DNA of 55,072 nt, from the NCBI GenBank assembly GCA_030638575.1, contig DAOWEJ010000105.1, positions 1 through 55,072 of the forward strand, written 5' to 3'. A model generated the notes under the pieces. That model ran no database searches, was not told the DNA's origin, and saw nothing but the letters and a program-made list of their open reading frames with translations. Numbering within the stretch: the first letter of the stretch is position 1; every line of letters starts with the position of its first letter. The translations under genes were made by a program, and so were the position numbers. Below, piece after piece: positions 36,899 through 45,611 of this stretch. This DNA is from Deltaproteobacteria bacterium (GTDB lineage: Bacteria > Desulfobacterota > Desulfobacteria > Desulfobacterales > JAUWMJ01).

Positions 36899-37915
36899 CT
36901 ATCCATTTTCCCTTGTGAACCTGACAAGCGATCTAAGCTTTTCCGCTGCAGCCCCGCTGTCGATCGAAGTTTCGGCAAGGCTGATTCCTTGAGTTAAATT
37001 GTCAGCTTTTCCAGCAACGACAAGAGCTGCCGAGGCATTCAAAAGGACAACGTCACGTCTGGAGCCTTTCTCCCCGCCAAGGATTTCGTTCGTAATCTCA
37101 GCATTTTCTTCCGGCCCGCCCCCGGCAAGTTCTTTGGAATTAGTCTGTTTTCCGAAAAACTGTTCAGGATCGATATCGTAAGTGCGAATAAGGCCGTCTT
37201 TAAGTTCTGAAACTCTGGTTAAGTCACAGACGGAAATTTCGTCAAGCCCGTCGTGCCCATGAACAACAAAGGCTCGTTTTGCACCAAGAAGCTTCAATGC
37301 ATTTGCAAACATCTCCGTTAATTCCGATGCATAAACCCCTAGGAGCTGGCAATCGGCGCCGGCAGGGTTGATAAGCGGACCGAGCATGTTGAAAATACTC
37401 CGAAGCCCCACCTCTTTCCTGGCATTGGCTGCATATCGCATAGCACTGTGATACAGGGGCGCAAATAAAAATCCTATACCGATTTCCGAAACAGCTTCCT
37501 CTACTATTTCAGGGTTTGTATCCAGATTCACCCCTAATGCTTCCAGTAGGTCCGCGCTGCCGCATTTGCTTGAAACCGACCTGTTGCCATGTTTTGCAAC
37601 GGTTACATCGCAGCCTGCGACAACAAACGCTGTGGTTGTTGAAATATTAAAGGTATGAGCGCCGTCCCCGCCCGTCCCGCATGTATCCACAAGAGCAGGC
37701 GATGAAACCTGAATCCGCAACGCTTTTCTACGCATGGCCGTTGCTGCTCCGGCAAGCTCTTCAATTGTTTCGCCCTTAGTGGCAAGTGCCGCCATAAATG
37801 CCCCAATCTGTGCATCAGAAATGTTACCTGATAAAATTTCGTTTATCATAAAAGACATTTCTTCTTCTTTTAAATCGTTTCCTTTTACGATCTTATTTAA
37901 GTTTTCGCGAAACAT
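36899..37915 (-). CDS. trpD: Anthranilate phosphoribosyltransferase
   Basis: DTCGTGGDG, KHGNRSVSSKCGSAD, GLDE. Confidence 0.97.
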   Translation of the reverse strand: MFRENLNKIVKGNDLKEEEMSFMINEILSGNISDAQIGAFMAALATKGETIEELAGAATAMRRKALRIQVSSPALVDTCGTGGDGAHTFNISTTTAFVVAGCDVTVAKHGNRSVSSKCGSADLLEALGVNLDTNPEIVEEAVSEIGIGFLFAPLYHSAMRYAANARKEVGLRSIFNMLGPLINPAGADCQLLGVYASELTEMFANALKLLGAKRAFVVHGHDGLDEISVCDLTRVSELKDGLIRTYDIDPEQFFGKQTNSKELAGGGPEENAEITNEILGGEKGSRRDVVLLNASAALVVAGKADNLTQGISLAETSIDSGAAAEKLRSLVRFTRENG

Positions 37916-37917
37916 AT

Positions 37918-38499
37918 CTATATGTCCTCCTTTGAAACCATGTTTAAAAAATTCTTTAGAAGTCTTTTTCCCACCGGGGTCATAATCGATTCGGGATGAA
38001 ATTGAATCCCTTCTGTTGGATGTTTCTCATGCCGAAGCCCCATAATTTCTCCGTCTTCCGATTGAGCGCTGACTTTAAGGCATGCGGGAAGATTTTCTCT
38101 TGAAACCGCAAGTGAATGGTACCTCATGGCCTTAAAAGGCTTGCTTATACCCTGGTACAATGTCTTCTTGTCGGACGTTATGGTTGACGTTTTTCCGTGC
38201 ATGAGCTTTTTTGCTGAAACAACTTTACCTCCAAATGCAACGGCAATTGCCTGATGCCCCAGGCATACGCCGAGAATTGGAATTTGTCCGGAATACTGTT
38301 TCACCACGGAAAGTGTTACGCCCGCTGACTCCGGCCGGCCAGGCCCGGGCGATATAACGATCCCTGCCGGATTCAAAGAGTCAAGAGTTGATAAAGACAC
38401 CACATCGTTCCTGAACACCAGCACCGGAGCACCAAGGGTCTCAAGGTATTGTACCAGGTTGTAAGTAAAAGAATCATAGTTGTCTATCATGATTATCAT
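37918..38499 (-). CDS. trpG: Anthranilate synthase component II (glutamine amidotransferase)
   Basis: IDNYDSFTYNL, SPGPG, GVCLGHQ, QFHPES. Confidence 0.95.
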   Translation of the reverse strand: MIIMIDNYDSFTYNLVQYLETLGAPVLVFRNDVVSLSTLDSLNPAGIVISPGPGRPESAGVTLSVVKQYSGQIPILGVCLGHQAIAVAFGGKVVSAKKLMHGKTSTITSDKKTLYQGISKPFKAMRYHSLAVSRENLPACLKVSAQSEDGEIMGLRHEKHPTEGIQFHPESIMTPVGKRLLKNFLNMVSKEDI

Positions 38500-38566
38500 T
38501 TCGATTTCTCCTTAAGGCCGCTAATTTTTGATTTTTTATTTCGCTCCAACAAACTTCCTATCAACT

Positions 38567-38669
38567 TTGAGCTATGAGCTTACAGGCTTCCCAGCCTCCC
38601 AACCTGCTTCTTGCCAGCCATGAGCTATCAGCTGTCACCTATGAGCTATGAGCTGTCAGCCATCAGCTC
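38567..38669. repeat. Orphan 7-mer (TGAGCTA) and 8-mer arrays overlapping the trpE 3' end
   Basis: TTTGAGCTATGAGCT..GGCTTCCCAGCCTCCC..ATGAGCTATCAGCTGTCACCTATGAGCTATGAGCTGTCAGCCATCAGCTC. Confidence 0.85.
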
Positions 38670-40136
38670 CAACGCTTTCTGCATAGCCATTGCCTTGTTG
38701 AGTGTTTCTACCCGTTCTTTCTCCGGATCGGAATCGGCCACAATCCCGGCCCCGGCCCGAACCGTCATCCGCCCGTTCTCTATGCAGGCGGTCCTGATTG
38801 TAATGGCCATATCCATATTCCCGTCAAAAGAAACATAACCTACCGCACCGCCGTAAGGTCCCCTGGGCTCTTGTTCAAGTTCGTCAATAATCTCCATTGC
38901 CCTTACTTTGGGCGCCCCGGATAAAGTCCCGGCGGGAAATGTGGAAGAAAGAAGATCCCATGCATCACAACCCGATTTAAGATCGCAGCAGATGTTCGAA
39001 ACCAGATGCATGACATGTGAATACCGCTCTATAACCATCAGATCGGTAACCTGGACTGTTCCGGTCGCTGCCACCCGTCCAAGGTCATTTCTCCCCAGAT
39101 CGACAAGCATAAGGTGCTCGGCCCTCTCTTTCTCATCTTTAAGAAGTTCATCTGCGTTGACTCTGTCCTCCTGTTCGTTTTTTCCCCTGGTCCGCGTACC
39201 GGCAATAGGACGCAGTGTTGCAATCCCTTTTTCCAGCCTGACCATGGTCTCCGGAGAAGACCCGACGAGCGCAAGGCCATCCAGATGGAGAAAATAAAGA
39301 TATGGGGACGGGTTGATAAATCGCTGCGCTCGGTAGAGAGACCAAAGATCTAACAGAGGTTCACAAACAAAGGGTTGAGAAATGACGGTCTGTATAACAT
39401 CTCCCTTCTGTATATATTTTTTAACCTTCTCAACCTGAGATAGAAAGATCTCATCTTTCAATTGAGCTTTCAGCTCATAATTCCTCCGAACAGGCAAATC
39501 ATCAATTTTCAAATTTTCCTTTAAATCCTGTTTTGTTTTTGCAAGCATTGACTCGATACGGCTATGTGCGGTTTCGTATATTTGACCTGTATTTTCTTTC
39601 CCATCCGTAAAGGAAATTACAACGCAAAGCAGAGTGTTACGAACATTGTCAAAAATAAGCATCTCATCCGGTACCATGAAATGAGCAAGAGGCTGTTTTT
39701 CCGGCAGCCTGTTGGGGATCGATTCAATAAAAGAGACCATCTCATACGTTAAATAACCTACCAGCCCTCCCCAGAATCTCGGAAGACCGGGCACAAAGGC
39801 GGGTTTGAACTTTTTCATAAAATCTTTCAGGGCATTGAACGGGCTGTCATGATGAGAGATCTTTTCAGAACACCCGTTTTTTTCTATCTCAATAAAATCC
39901 GGATAAACCTTAATATAACAGCGGGCAGATGCACTCATAAAACTGTATCTTCCCCATCGTTCACCACCTTCCACGCTCTCGAAAAGAAAGACAGGCCCTT
40001 TGTTTTTATAGATTTTTCTTAAAAGAGAAACAGGTGTTTCAGTATCTGCCAGCACTTCAGAACAAACCGGGATTACATTATAATCTCTGGCCAGGCTCTT
40101 AAACCGCTCTTTGTCCGGAAATTTATTTAGCTGCAT
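38646..40136 (-). CDS. trpE: Anthranilate synthase component I
   Basis: LFESVEGG..GRYS, NPSPY, SSPE, EHLMLVDLGRND, GAPKVRAM, AGAGIVADS. Confidence 0.97.
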   Translation of the reverse strand: MQLNKFPDKERFKSLARDYNVIPVCSEVLADTETPVSLLRKIYKNKGPVFLFESVEGGERWGRYSFMSASARCYIKVYPDFIEIEKNGCSEKISHHDSPFNALKDFMKKFKPAFVPGLPRFWGGLVGYLTYEMVSFIESIPNRLPEKQPLAHFMVPDEMLIFDNVRNTLLCVVISFTDGKENTGQIYETAHSRIESMLAKTKQDLKENLKIDDLPVRRNYELKAQLKDEIFLSQVEKVKKYIQKGDVIQTVISQPFVCEPLLDLWSLYRAQRFINPSPYLYFLHLDGLALVGSSPETMVRLEKGIATLRPIAGTRTRGKNEQEDRVNADELLKDEKERAEHLMLVDLGRNDLGRVAATGTVQVTDLMVIERYSHVMHLVSNICCDLKSGCDAWDLLSSTFPAGTLSGAPKVRAMEIIDELEQEPRGPYGGAVGYVSFDGNMDMAITIRTACIENGRMTVRAGAGIVADSDPEKERVETLNKAMAMQKALELMADSS

Positions 40137-40155
40137 ATTTTATTCCTTATTAAAT

Positions 40156-40226
40156 AAAAAAAGGACCGTGAAAATTTCCACGGCCCTTTTAAATAAAAAA
40201 ACCGTGGGCTAAGGTTTACCCACGGT
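40156..40226 (-). terminator. Two tandem intrinsic terminators (trp attenuator)
   Basis: Hairpin 40201-40226 plus T-run, and hairpin 40163-40186 plus T-run, on the minus strand. Confidence 0.85.
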
Positions 40227-40276
40227 CAAGAATTTTAAGTTATTTATTAGTCAAGACGATCTCATGAGGCAAACCA

Positions 40277-40354
40277 CTACCATAGCGTTTGCCACCACCA
40301 CTCATTTAAGTCTATGTTGTTAATAGTGATATTTTGAATATTATATGCTTCCAT
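40277..40354 (-). CDS. trpL: trp operon leader peptide
   Basis: MEAYNIQNITINNIDLNEWWWQTLW* (25 aa), GGAG RBS, overlaps a GGCAAAC..GTTTGCC hairpin, upstream of the terminators and trpE. Confidence 0.9.
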   Translation of the reverse strand: MEAYNIQNITINNIDLNEWWWQTLW

Positions 40355-40424
40355 TTTTTCTCCAAAGATACATAAATGTTAACTAAATTATATAGCTCCT
40401 GTCAAGCTTTTTTTCCTGCGCCTT

Positions 40425-40700
40425 CAGGGTAAACGCATTTTTAAAATAATATTACCTTTAGAACTGGGCCGGAGCTTAAAAATTTTTTCTCCAGCCAATA
40501 TCAACCTATACTGTACGGGGTGACCCGATATTCCATGATTTTGCGTAAATATTTTAAAGAATGAGATAATCTGTACATCAAATCATAAATATCGGGTCAC
40601 TACGATATATCCTGCAAACTGAAAAAGATATTGTCTGGAGAAAAAACCTTTAAGCCCCTCCTTTTAAACTGATTTTGTTTTTCCAAATGCGTTTACCCTC
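40425..40700. mobile_element. Palindromic MITE with ~10-bp target duplication (IS4-like)
   Basis: AGGGTAAACGCATTT / AAATGCGTTTACCCT; flanks CCTGCGCCTT (40415-40424) and CTTGCGCCTT (40701-40710); further nested internal IRs. Confidence 0.8.
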
Positions 40701-40795
40701 CTTGCGCCTTGTTCATTACAAAAATCTGATGTATAGTTTGAATAAAAGTATTCCGGAGCCGGAGTTCCAGCTCCCGATTCCTGGTAGTGACCACT

Positions 40796-41737
40796 ATGAT
40801 TAAGAAAAAGATTTATGGAAACACCTTAAAAGAACAGCTTCTTGCCAGTTCTAAAGATCGCTTATATAATTTCTTTTTAGCCGGCGGGACTGTCCGGGGT
40901 GTTATAATGAACGGCACACGGATGATTAACGAAATGAGAGCAAACCACGAACTGGGAATTTTAGAAACACTGGTGCTCGGACGCGCCTACCTTGGTATTG
41001 GATTAATATCGACGAACCTGAAAGACAATGATCGAATAAGCCTTCAAATCGATTGCTCCGGCCCGATAAAAGGTCTTTTTGTTGAGGCAAACGCCTTTGC
41101 TGAAGTGCGTGGATTTTTGAAAAGAGTCCCTATTCCCATTGACAAACCAATGGAGAACTTTGATCTTTCACCATTCTTTGGCGCGGGTTTCCTGGAAGTC
41201 ACCCGACACCTTCAGGATGCCAAACAGCCGTTTATCGGTAATGTCATTCTTCAGTATGGAAATATTGCCAAGGATCTGGCAAATTACTATCTGACATCAG
41301 AACAGATCCCCACCGCCTTTAACCTAAGTATTCACTTTGATAGAGAAGGTAATGTTACAGGCGCGGGCGGACTCTTTTTACAGGCCATGCCGGATGCCGG
41401 TGATGAAATAACCGCCGAGCTTGAAAACTTGATTTCAGAATTCCCCTCACTGGGAGCTGTTTTTTCTAAAGGGGGTAACCCGAAAGAATTAATCCATGAA
41501 GTTTTTCATAAATATATTCCAAAATTCCTGGCAAGCAAGAGAGCTGAATTTATGTGCCATTGTAACAAAGACCGTGTACGCAGCCTTTTAACACTCCTTC
41601 CGATAAAAGAAATCAAGGATATTCTCGAAAAAGGTCCTTTTCCTGTTGAATTGCAATGTCATCACTGCAATACTCCATATCTTTTCAGCAAAGCAGATAT
41701 TCAGCAAATTTATGGTAAGCGTTTTCCGGATAACTAA
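40796..41737 (+). CDS. hslO: Hsp33 redox-regulated chaperone
   Basis: SEQIPT, AGGLFLQAMP, CHC...CHHC zinc centre; ATG 40796 preferred over GTG 40787. Confidence 0.9.
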   Translation: MIKKKIYGNTLKEQLLASSKDRLYNFFLAGGTVRGVIMNGTRMINEMRANHELGILETLVLGRAYLGIGLISTNLKDNDRISLQIDCSGPIKGLFVEANAFAEVRGFLKRVPIPIDKPMENFDLSPFFGAGFLEVTRHLQDAKQPFIGNVILQYGNIAKDLANYYLTSEQIPTAFNLSIHFDREGNVTGAGGLFLQAMPDAGDEITAELENLISEFPSLGAVFSKGGNPKELIHEVFHKYIPKFLASKRAEFMCHCNKDRVRSLLTLLPIKEIKDILEKGPFPVELQCHHCNTPYLFSKADIQQIYGKRFPDN

Positions 41738-41761
41738 TGGCATAGATGTTAAAGTTTGAAT

Positions 41762-44062
41762 ATGCTTAAAAAACTCTTTAAATTAACCGCCCTTATCTTT
41801 ATTTTGATATGCGCCGCACTTATCCTTTATAGCTGGTATCTCTCTGTCAGGGTAGAAAAGCGTTTTTCAAGCCGACGGTGGAGTATCCCTTCTTCTGTTT
41901 TTTCTGATATCACCCTTTTGTATCCCGGCCAGCAAATCAACCTTCGCTTTTTTAATCAAAAGCTGCTCAGTCTTGGATACCGGGAAGTTTCTCATAACCC
42001 TAAAAAGAAAGGAGAGAAAAAGACTTCAAATTCTGAAATTTTCATCTACCTTCATGACCTTAAAATACCCTCACAAACAAGGGAAGGATTTCCTGTAAAA
42101 ATCGGATTTTCCCAAAACAGGATTGAAACTATTGTGCATGCGGGTACTGGTAAGCCTGCCCCTATTTTAGAACTCGAACCTGAGGAAATTATGCAGTTTT
42201 TCGGGCCTGAGCGCGAAATGCGGCATCTTGTTTCCATCCATCAGGTCCCTGAATATCTCATTTACGCTGTGCTATCTGCAGAAGACGGCCGATTTTACCA
42301 GCATCACGGCATCGACCCTCGTGGCATACTCCGGGCTCTTTACACTAACTTGCGTCACGGCGCAATCCGGCAAGGTGGATCTACTTTAACCCAGCAGTTG
42401 GCTAAAAACTACTTTCTGACCCCGGAAAGAACAATATCCCGCAAAATAAATGAGGCTCTTCTTTCCGTCATCATCGAAGCCATATATGAAAAAGACGAAA
42501 TATTAGAGATTTACTTGAACGAAATCTACCTTGGACAGAAAGGTTCAATCTCCATCAACGGTGTTGGTGAAGCTGCTTTTTTCTATTTCGACAAACCGGT
42601 CAGCGATCTCTCCCTGATAGAATCTGCCACTATCGCCGGACTGATAAAGGGACCAAATCATTATTCACCGTATATTAATAAAACCCGCTGCCTTTCCAGG
42701 AGAAATGCAGTGTTGCGTGCCATGCACAAGAAGGGGTGGATCACCGATTCACAGCTTCAGGCAGCTTTGCCACTGAAGATTCAAACCGCCGGCTATAATT
42801 TGCAGGGAAAAAAAGCGCCTTATTTTATAGATTATCTTTCACGGCAGCTTGAAAAATTATACCCTACGAAAGTTTTAAACAGCCTGGGGCTTTCAATATA
42901 CACAACTCTCGACACTCAGGTTCAGGCAGCGGCAGAAAAAGCCCTGGAAAAGGGTCTGGCCAGACTGGAAAAATCGAATCCTGCTTTAAGGCGAAAAAAA
43001 GGTGAAAAAAAACTTCAAGGTGCTGTCATAGTAATGCAGCCCAAAACAGGCTATATTCTTGCAATGGTGGGAGGACGCAATTACACGGATAGCCAGTTTA
43101 ACAGGATTACCCAGGGGCGGCGTCAACCGGGGAGTGCATTCAAGCCTTTTGTCTACTTAACCGGCCTGGATGATTTTACGCCGGCTTCCAGACTGTCTAA
43201 TGAACCCATAACCTACATGATCGATGGAAAACCATGGGAACCTCAGAACTTTGCGCCGTCAGACGAACTTGATGTGAGTATGAGATCGGCCATTACAAAA
43301 TCTTTTAATCTTGCAACACTTGACCTGGCCAGGAAGGTTGGTCTTGATAAGATAATCAAGACAACCGAAAGATTTCTATTCTCAACTCCTGTAAAACCAT
43401 ATCCCTCCCTTGCCCTGGGTGCGTTTGAGGTTATACCCCTTGAACTGGCACGAGCATACTGTGTATTTGCGGCAAACGGCATGCAGCCCTATCCTTTGTC
43501 ACTGAAAGATGTAACCGATGAAAACAAAAACATTATAAAACAAAAACACATGAATATTGAACGTTTGACTAGTCCTGCAAAAGCTTTTATTATGAGTTCA
43601 ATGTTGCAAAGCGTGGCAACCGAAGGAACCGCACGATCTCTGATAAGTAGAGGCATATGGTGGCCGGTTGCGGGTAAAACCGGAACAACAAACGACTTCA
43701 GGGATGCATGGTTTGTTGGATATACACCGGACATACTGGCGCTGGTGTGGGTTGGGTTTGATAACCAGGATTCCATTGTTGTCACCGGATCTGCCGCAGC
43801 TCTGCCTATCTGGGCCGACCTGATGAATTCGATTCCCCAGTATATATCCGAAGAATGGTATAAAATGCCGACCGGTGTCGTAAAAGAAACCGTATGCTCT
43901 GAAAGCGGTCTGCTTGCTCATAAAGGCTGTCCGGAAAGTATGGAAGAACTTTTCCTTAAAGAAAATATACCGACCGTCTTTTGCCCGGTTCATAAAAAAC
44001 CGGGGTTGCTTAGAAAAATATTTGATTTTATGAGAAAAGATGAAAATGATAACAAAAAATAA
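41762..44062 (+). CDS. mrcB: Class A penicillin-binding protein, PBP1B type
   Basis: TM plus UB2H-like region, EDGRFYQHHG, QGGSTLTQQLAKN, SAFK, SFN, KTG. Confidence 0.85.
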   Translation: MLKKLFKLTALIFILICAALILYSWYLSVRVEKRFSSRRWSIPSSVFSDITLLYPGQQINLRFFNQKLLSLGYREVSHNPKKKGEKKTSNSEIFIYLHDLKIPSQTREGFPVKIGFSQNRIETIVHAGTGKPAPILELEPEEIMQFFGPEREMRHLVSIHQVPEYLIYAVLSAEDGRFYQHHGIDPRGILRALYTNLRHGAIRQGGSTLTQQLAKNYFLTPERTISRKINEALLSVIIEAIYEKDEILEIYLNEIYLGQKGSISINGVGEAAFFYFDKPVSDLSLIESATIAGLIKGPNHYSPYINKTRCLSRRNAVLRAMHKKGWITDSQLQAALPLKIQTAGYNLQGKKAPYFIDYLSRQLEKLYPTKVLNSLGLSIYTTLDTQVQAAAEKALEKGLARLEKSNPALRRKKGEKKLQGAVIVMQPKTGYILAMVGGRNYTDSQFNRITQGRRQPGSAFKPFVYLTGLDDFTPASRLSNEPITYMIDGKPWEPQNFAPSDELDVSMRSAITKSFNLATLDLARKVGLDKIIKTTERFLFSTPVKPYPSLALGAFEVIPLELARAYCVFAANGMQPYPLSLKDVTDENKNIIKQKHMNIERLTSPAKAFIMSSMLQSVATEGTARSLISRGIWWPVAGKTGTTNDFRDAWFVGYTPDILALVWVGFDNQDSIVVTGSAAALPIWADLMNSIPQYISEEWYKMPTGVVKETVCSESGLLAHKGCPESMEELFLKENIPTVFCPVHKKPGLLRKIFDFMRKDENDNKK

Positions 44063-44444
44063 ATGGCTAAAAATCCTTTTAGCAGCAGCGCTGTTTTTGC
44101 CGGCTGCCGGTTGTATGAAACCTGTCTTAACCCCGCAGCCATCACAACCTGTTGAACAACCTAGCGCCCGCGTACTTGCTTCCCTGCAGTTAACTGAGCA
44201 GGGCCATACCTTGCTGGAAAGGAATAAACCTGATGCCGCCATTCGTGTACTTGAACGTGCAATCAACCTGAATCCGGGCAACGGTGAAAATTATTATTAT
44301 CTTTCCCAGGCCTGGCTGATGAAAGGAGAAGCGAAACAGGCAAAAGAGTTTAATAGCCTGGCGGAAGCCTATTTGAAGGAGCAAACCGATTGGGCAATTC
44401 GTGTAGCCCGCCAGAAAGACCGGATCCAGGAGCTGGAAAAGTGA
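44040..44444 (+). CDS. TPR lipoprotein (LpoP-like PBP1B activator candidate)
   Basis: Lipobox AAGC, Pro/Gln linker, TPR (AIRVLERAINLNP...YYYL); overlaps the PBP1B stop. Confidence 0.75.
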   Translation: MKMITKNKWLKILLAAALFLPAAGCMKPVLTPQPSQPVEQPSARVLASLQLTEQGHTLLERNKPDAAIRVLERAINLNPGNGENYYYLSQAWLMKGEAKQAKEFNSLAEAYLKEQTDWAIRVARQKDRIQELEK

Positions 44445-44453
44445 GGCTGCGGA

Positions 44454-45611
44454 TTGGCTCATAAGATATTCATAGCAACTCTATGCCGTGTTATCCTGAA
44501 TACTGCCAGGAGATTTGCCTATCCCTTCGCTCCTGTCCTGAGCCGGAGCCTGGGAGTTGAGCTTACGGCAATCACTTCCCTTATTGCAGTAAATCAGGCC
44601 ACATCCCTCTTTGGCATATTCTTCGGACCTGTTGCGGATCGCCTGGGATACCGGTTGATGATGTTGACGGCAATGGCAATGCTTGCTCTCGGCATGTTTG
44701 CAGGAGGTTTTTTTCCTTTTTACGGTGTCATTCTGATCGCTTTATTTCTGGCCGGCATGGGAAAAACCATCTTTGATCCTGCTGTGCAGGCCTATGTCAG
44801 TGAAAGGGTCTCTTTTAAACGGCGTGGACTGGCCATAGGCCTGATTGAATATAGCTGGTCGGCAAGCACCCTTGTTGGAATACCTCTGATTGCTCTTTTA
44901 ATTGACCGGTTTGGCTGGCGTGCACCTTTCTTTGTCCTGGGCGGGTTGAGTTTGCTTGGCATGGTGGCTCTTGGCATTCTGATTCCAGGGGAGAATAAAA
45001 AATTTGATGCACACCAGGCCTGGGCGCCTTTTCGGAGTGCCTGGCGCCGGCTATTCAGGAAACGGTCTGCCCTGGGTGCCATAGGATTTGCTTTTTTTTT
45101 AAGTCTTGGAAACGATAATCTTTTTGTTGTGTATGGGGCATGGCTTGAAAAATCTTTCGGTCTGAGCATTATTGCCCTTGGGATGAGTACCGCCCTTATA
45201 GGTCTGGCCGAATTATCCGGAGAGACGTTGACAGCCGCTTTTGCCGACCGTTTCGGAATAAAGCGGACAGTACTTACCGCTCTGACCCTGTGTTTGATAA
45301 GCTATGGGATATTGCCTTTTTTAGACCGTAACCTCCCTCTATCGCTCACCGGATTATTCTTCATCTTTTTAACCTTCGAATTTACAGTTGTCACCGGTAT
45401 ATCTTTGTGCACCGAGCTTTTGCCGGAATACCGTGCAACAATGATGTCGTTCTTTTTTGCTGCAGCAGGTATGGGAAGGATTGCAGGTGCGCTGATCGGG
45501 GGGCATGTATGGCTGGCAGGGGGAATACTTGCAACAGGCCTTGTTTCCGCCGCTTTCAGCAGCCTGGGACTTGCCTCGCTGGCCTGGGGATTGTATGGAT
45601 GGCGGCGGTAA
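44454..45611 (+). CDS. MFS transporter
   Basis: About 12 hydrophobic segments; GPVADRLGYR and ADRFGIKR motif A. Confidence 0.92.
   Translation: MAHKIFIATLCRVILNTARRFAYPFAPVLSRSLGVELTAITSLIAVNQATSLFGIFFGPVADRLGYRLMMLTAMAMLALGMFAGGFFPFYGVILIALFLAGMGKTIFDPAVQAYVSERVSFKRRGLAIGLIEYSWSASTLVGIPLIALLIDRFGWRAPFFVLGGLSLLGMVALGILIPGENKKFDAHQAWAPFRSAWRRLFRKRSALGAIGFAFFLSLGNDNLFVVYGAWLEKSFGLSIIALGMSTALIGLAELSGETLTAAFADRFGIKRTVLTALTLCLISYGILPFLDRNLPLSLTGLFFIFLTFEFTVVTGISLCTELLPEYRATMMSFFFAAAGMGRIAGALIGGHVWLAGGILATGLVSAAFSSLGLASLAWGLYGWRR

Noticed and set aside
43598-44281. 227-aa minus-strand ORF
   Set aside because: Antisense to PBP1B and the TPR lipoprotein, with no recognisable motifs.
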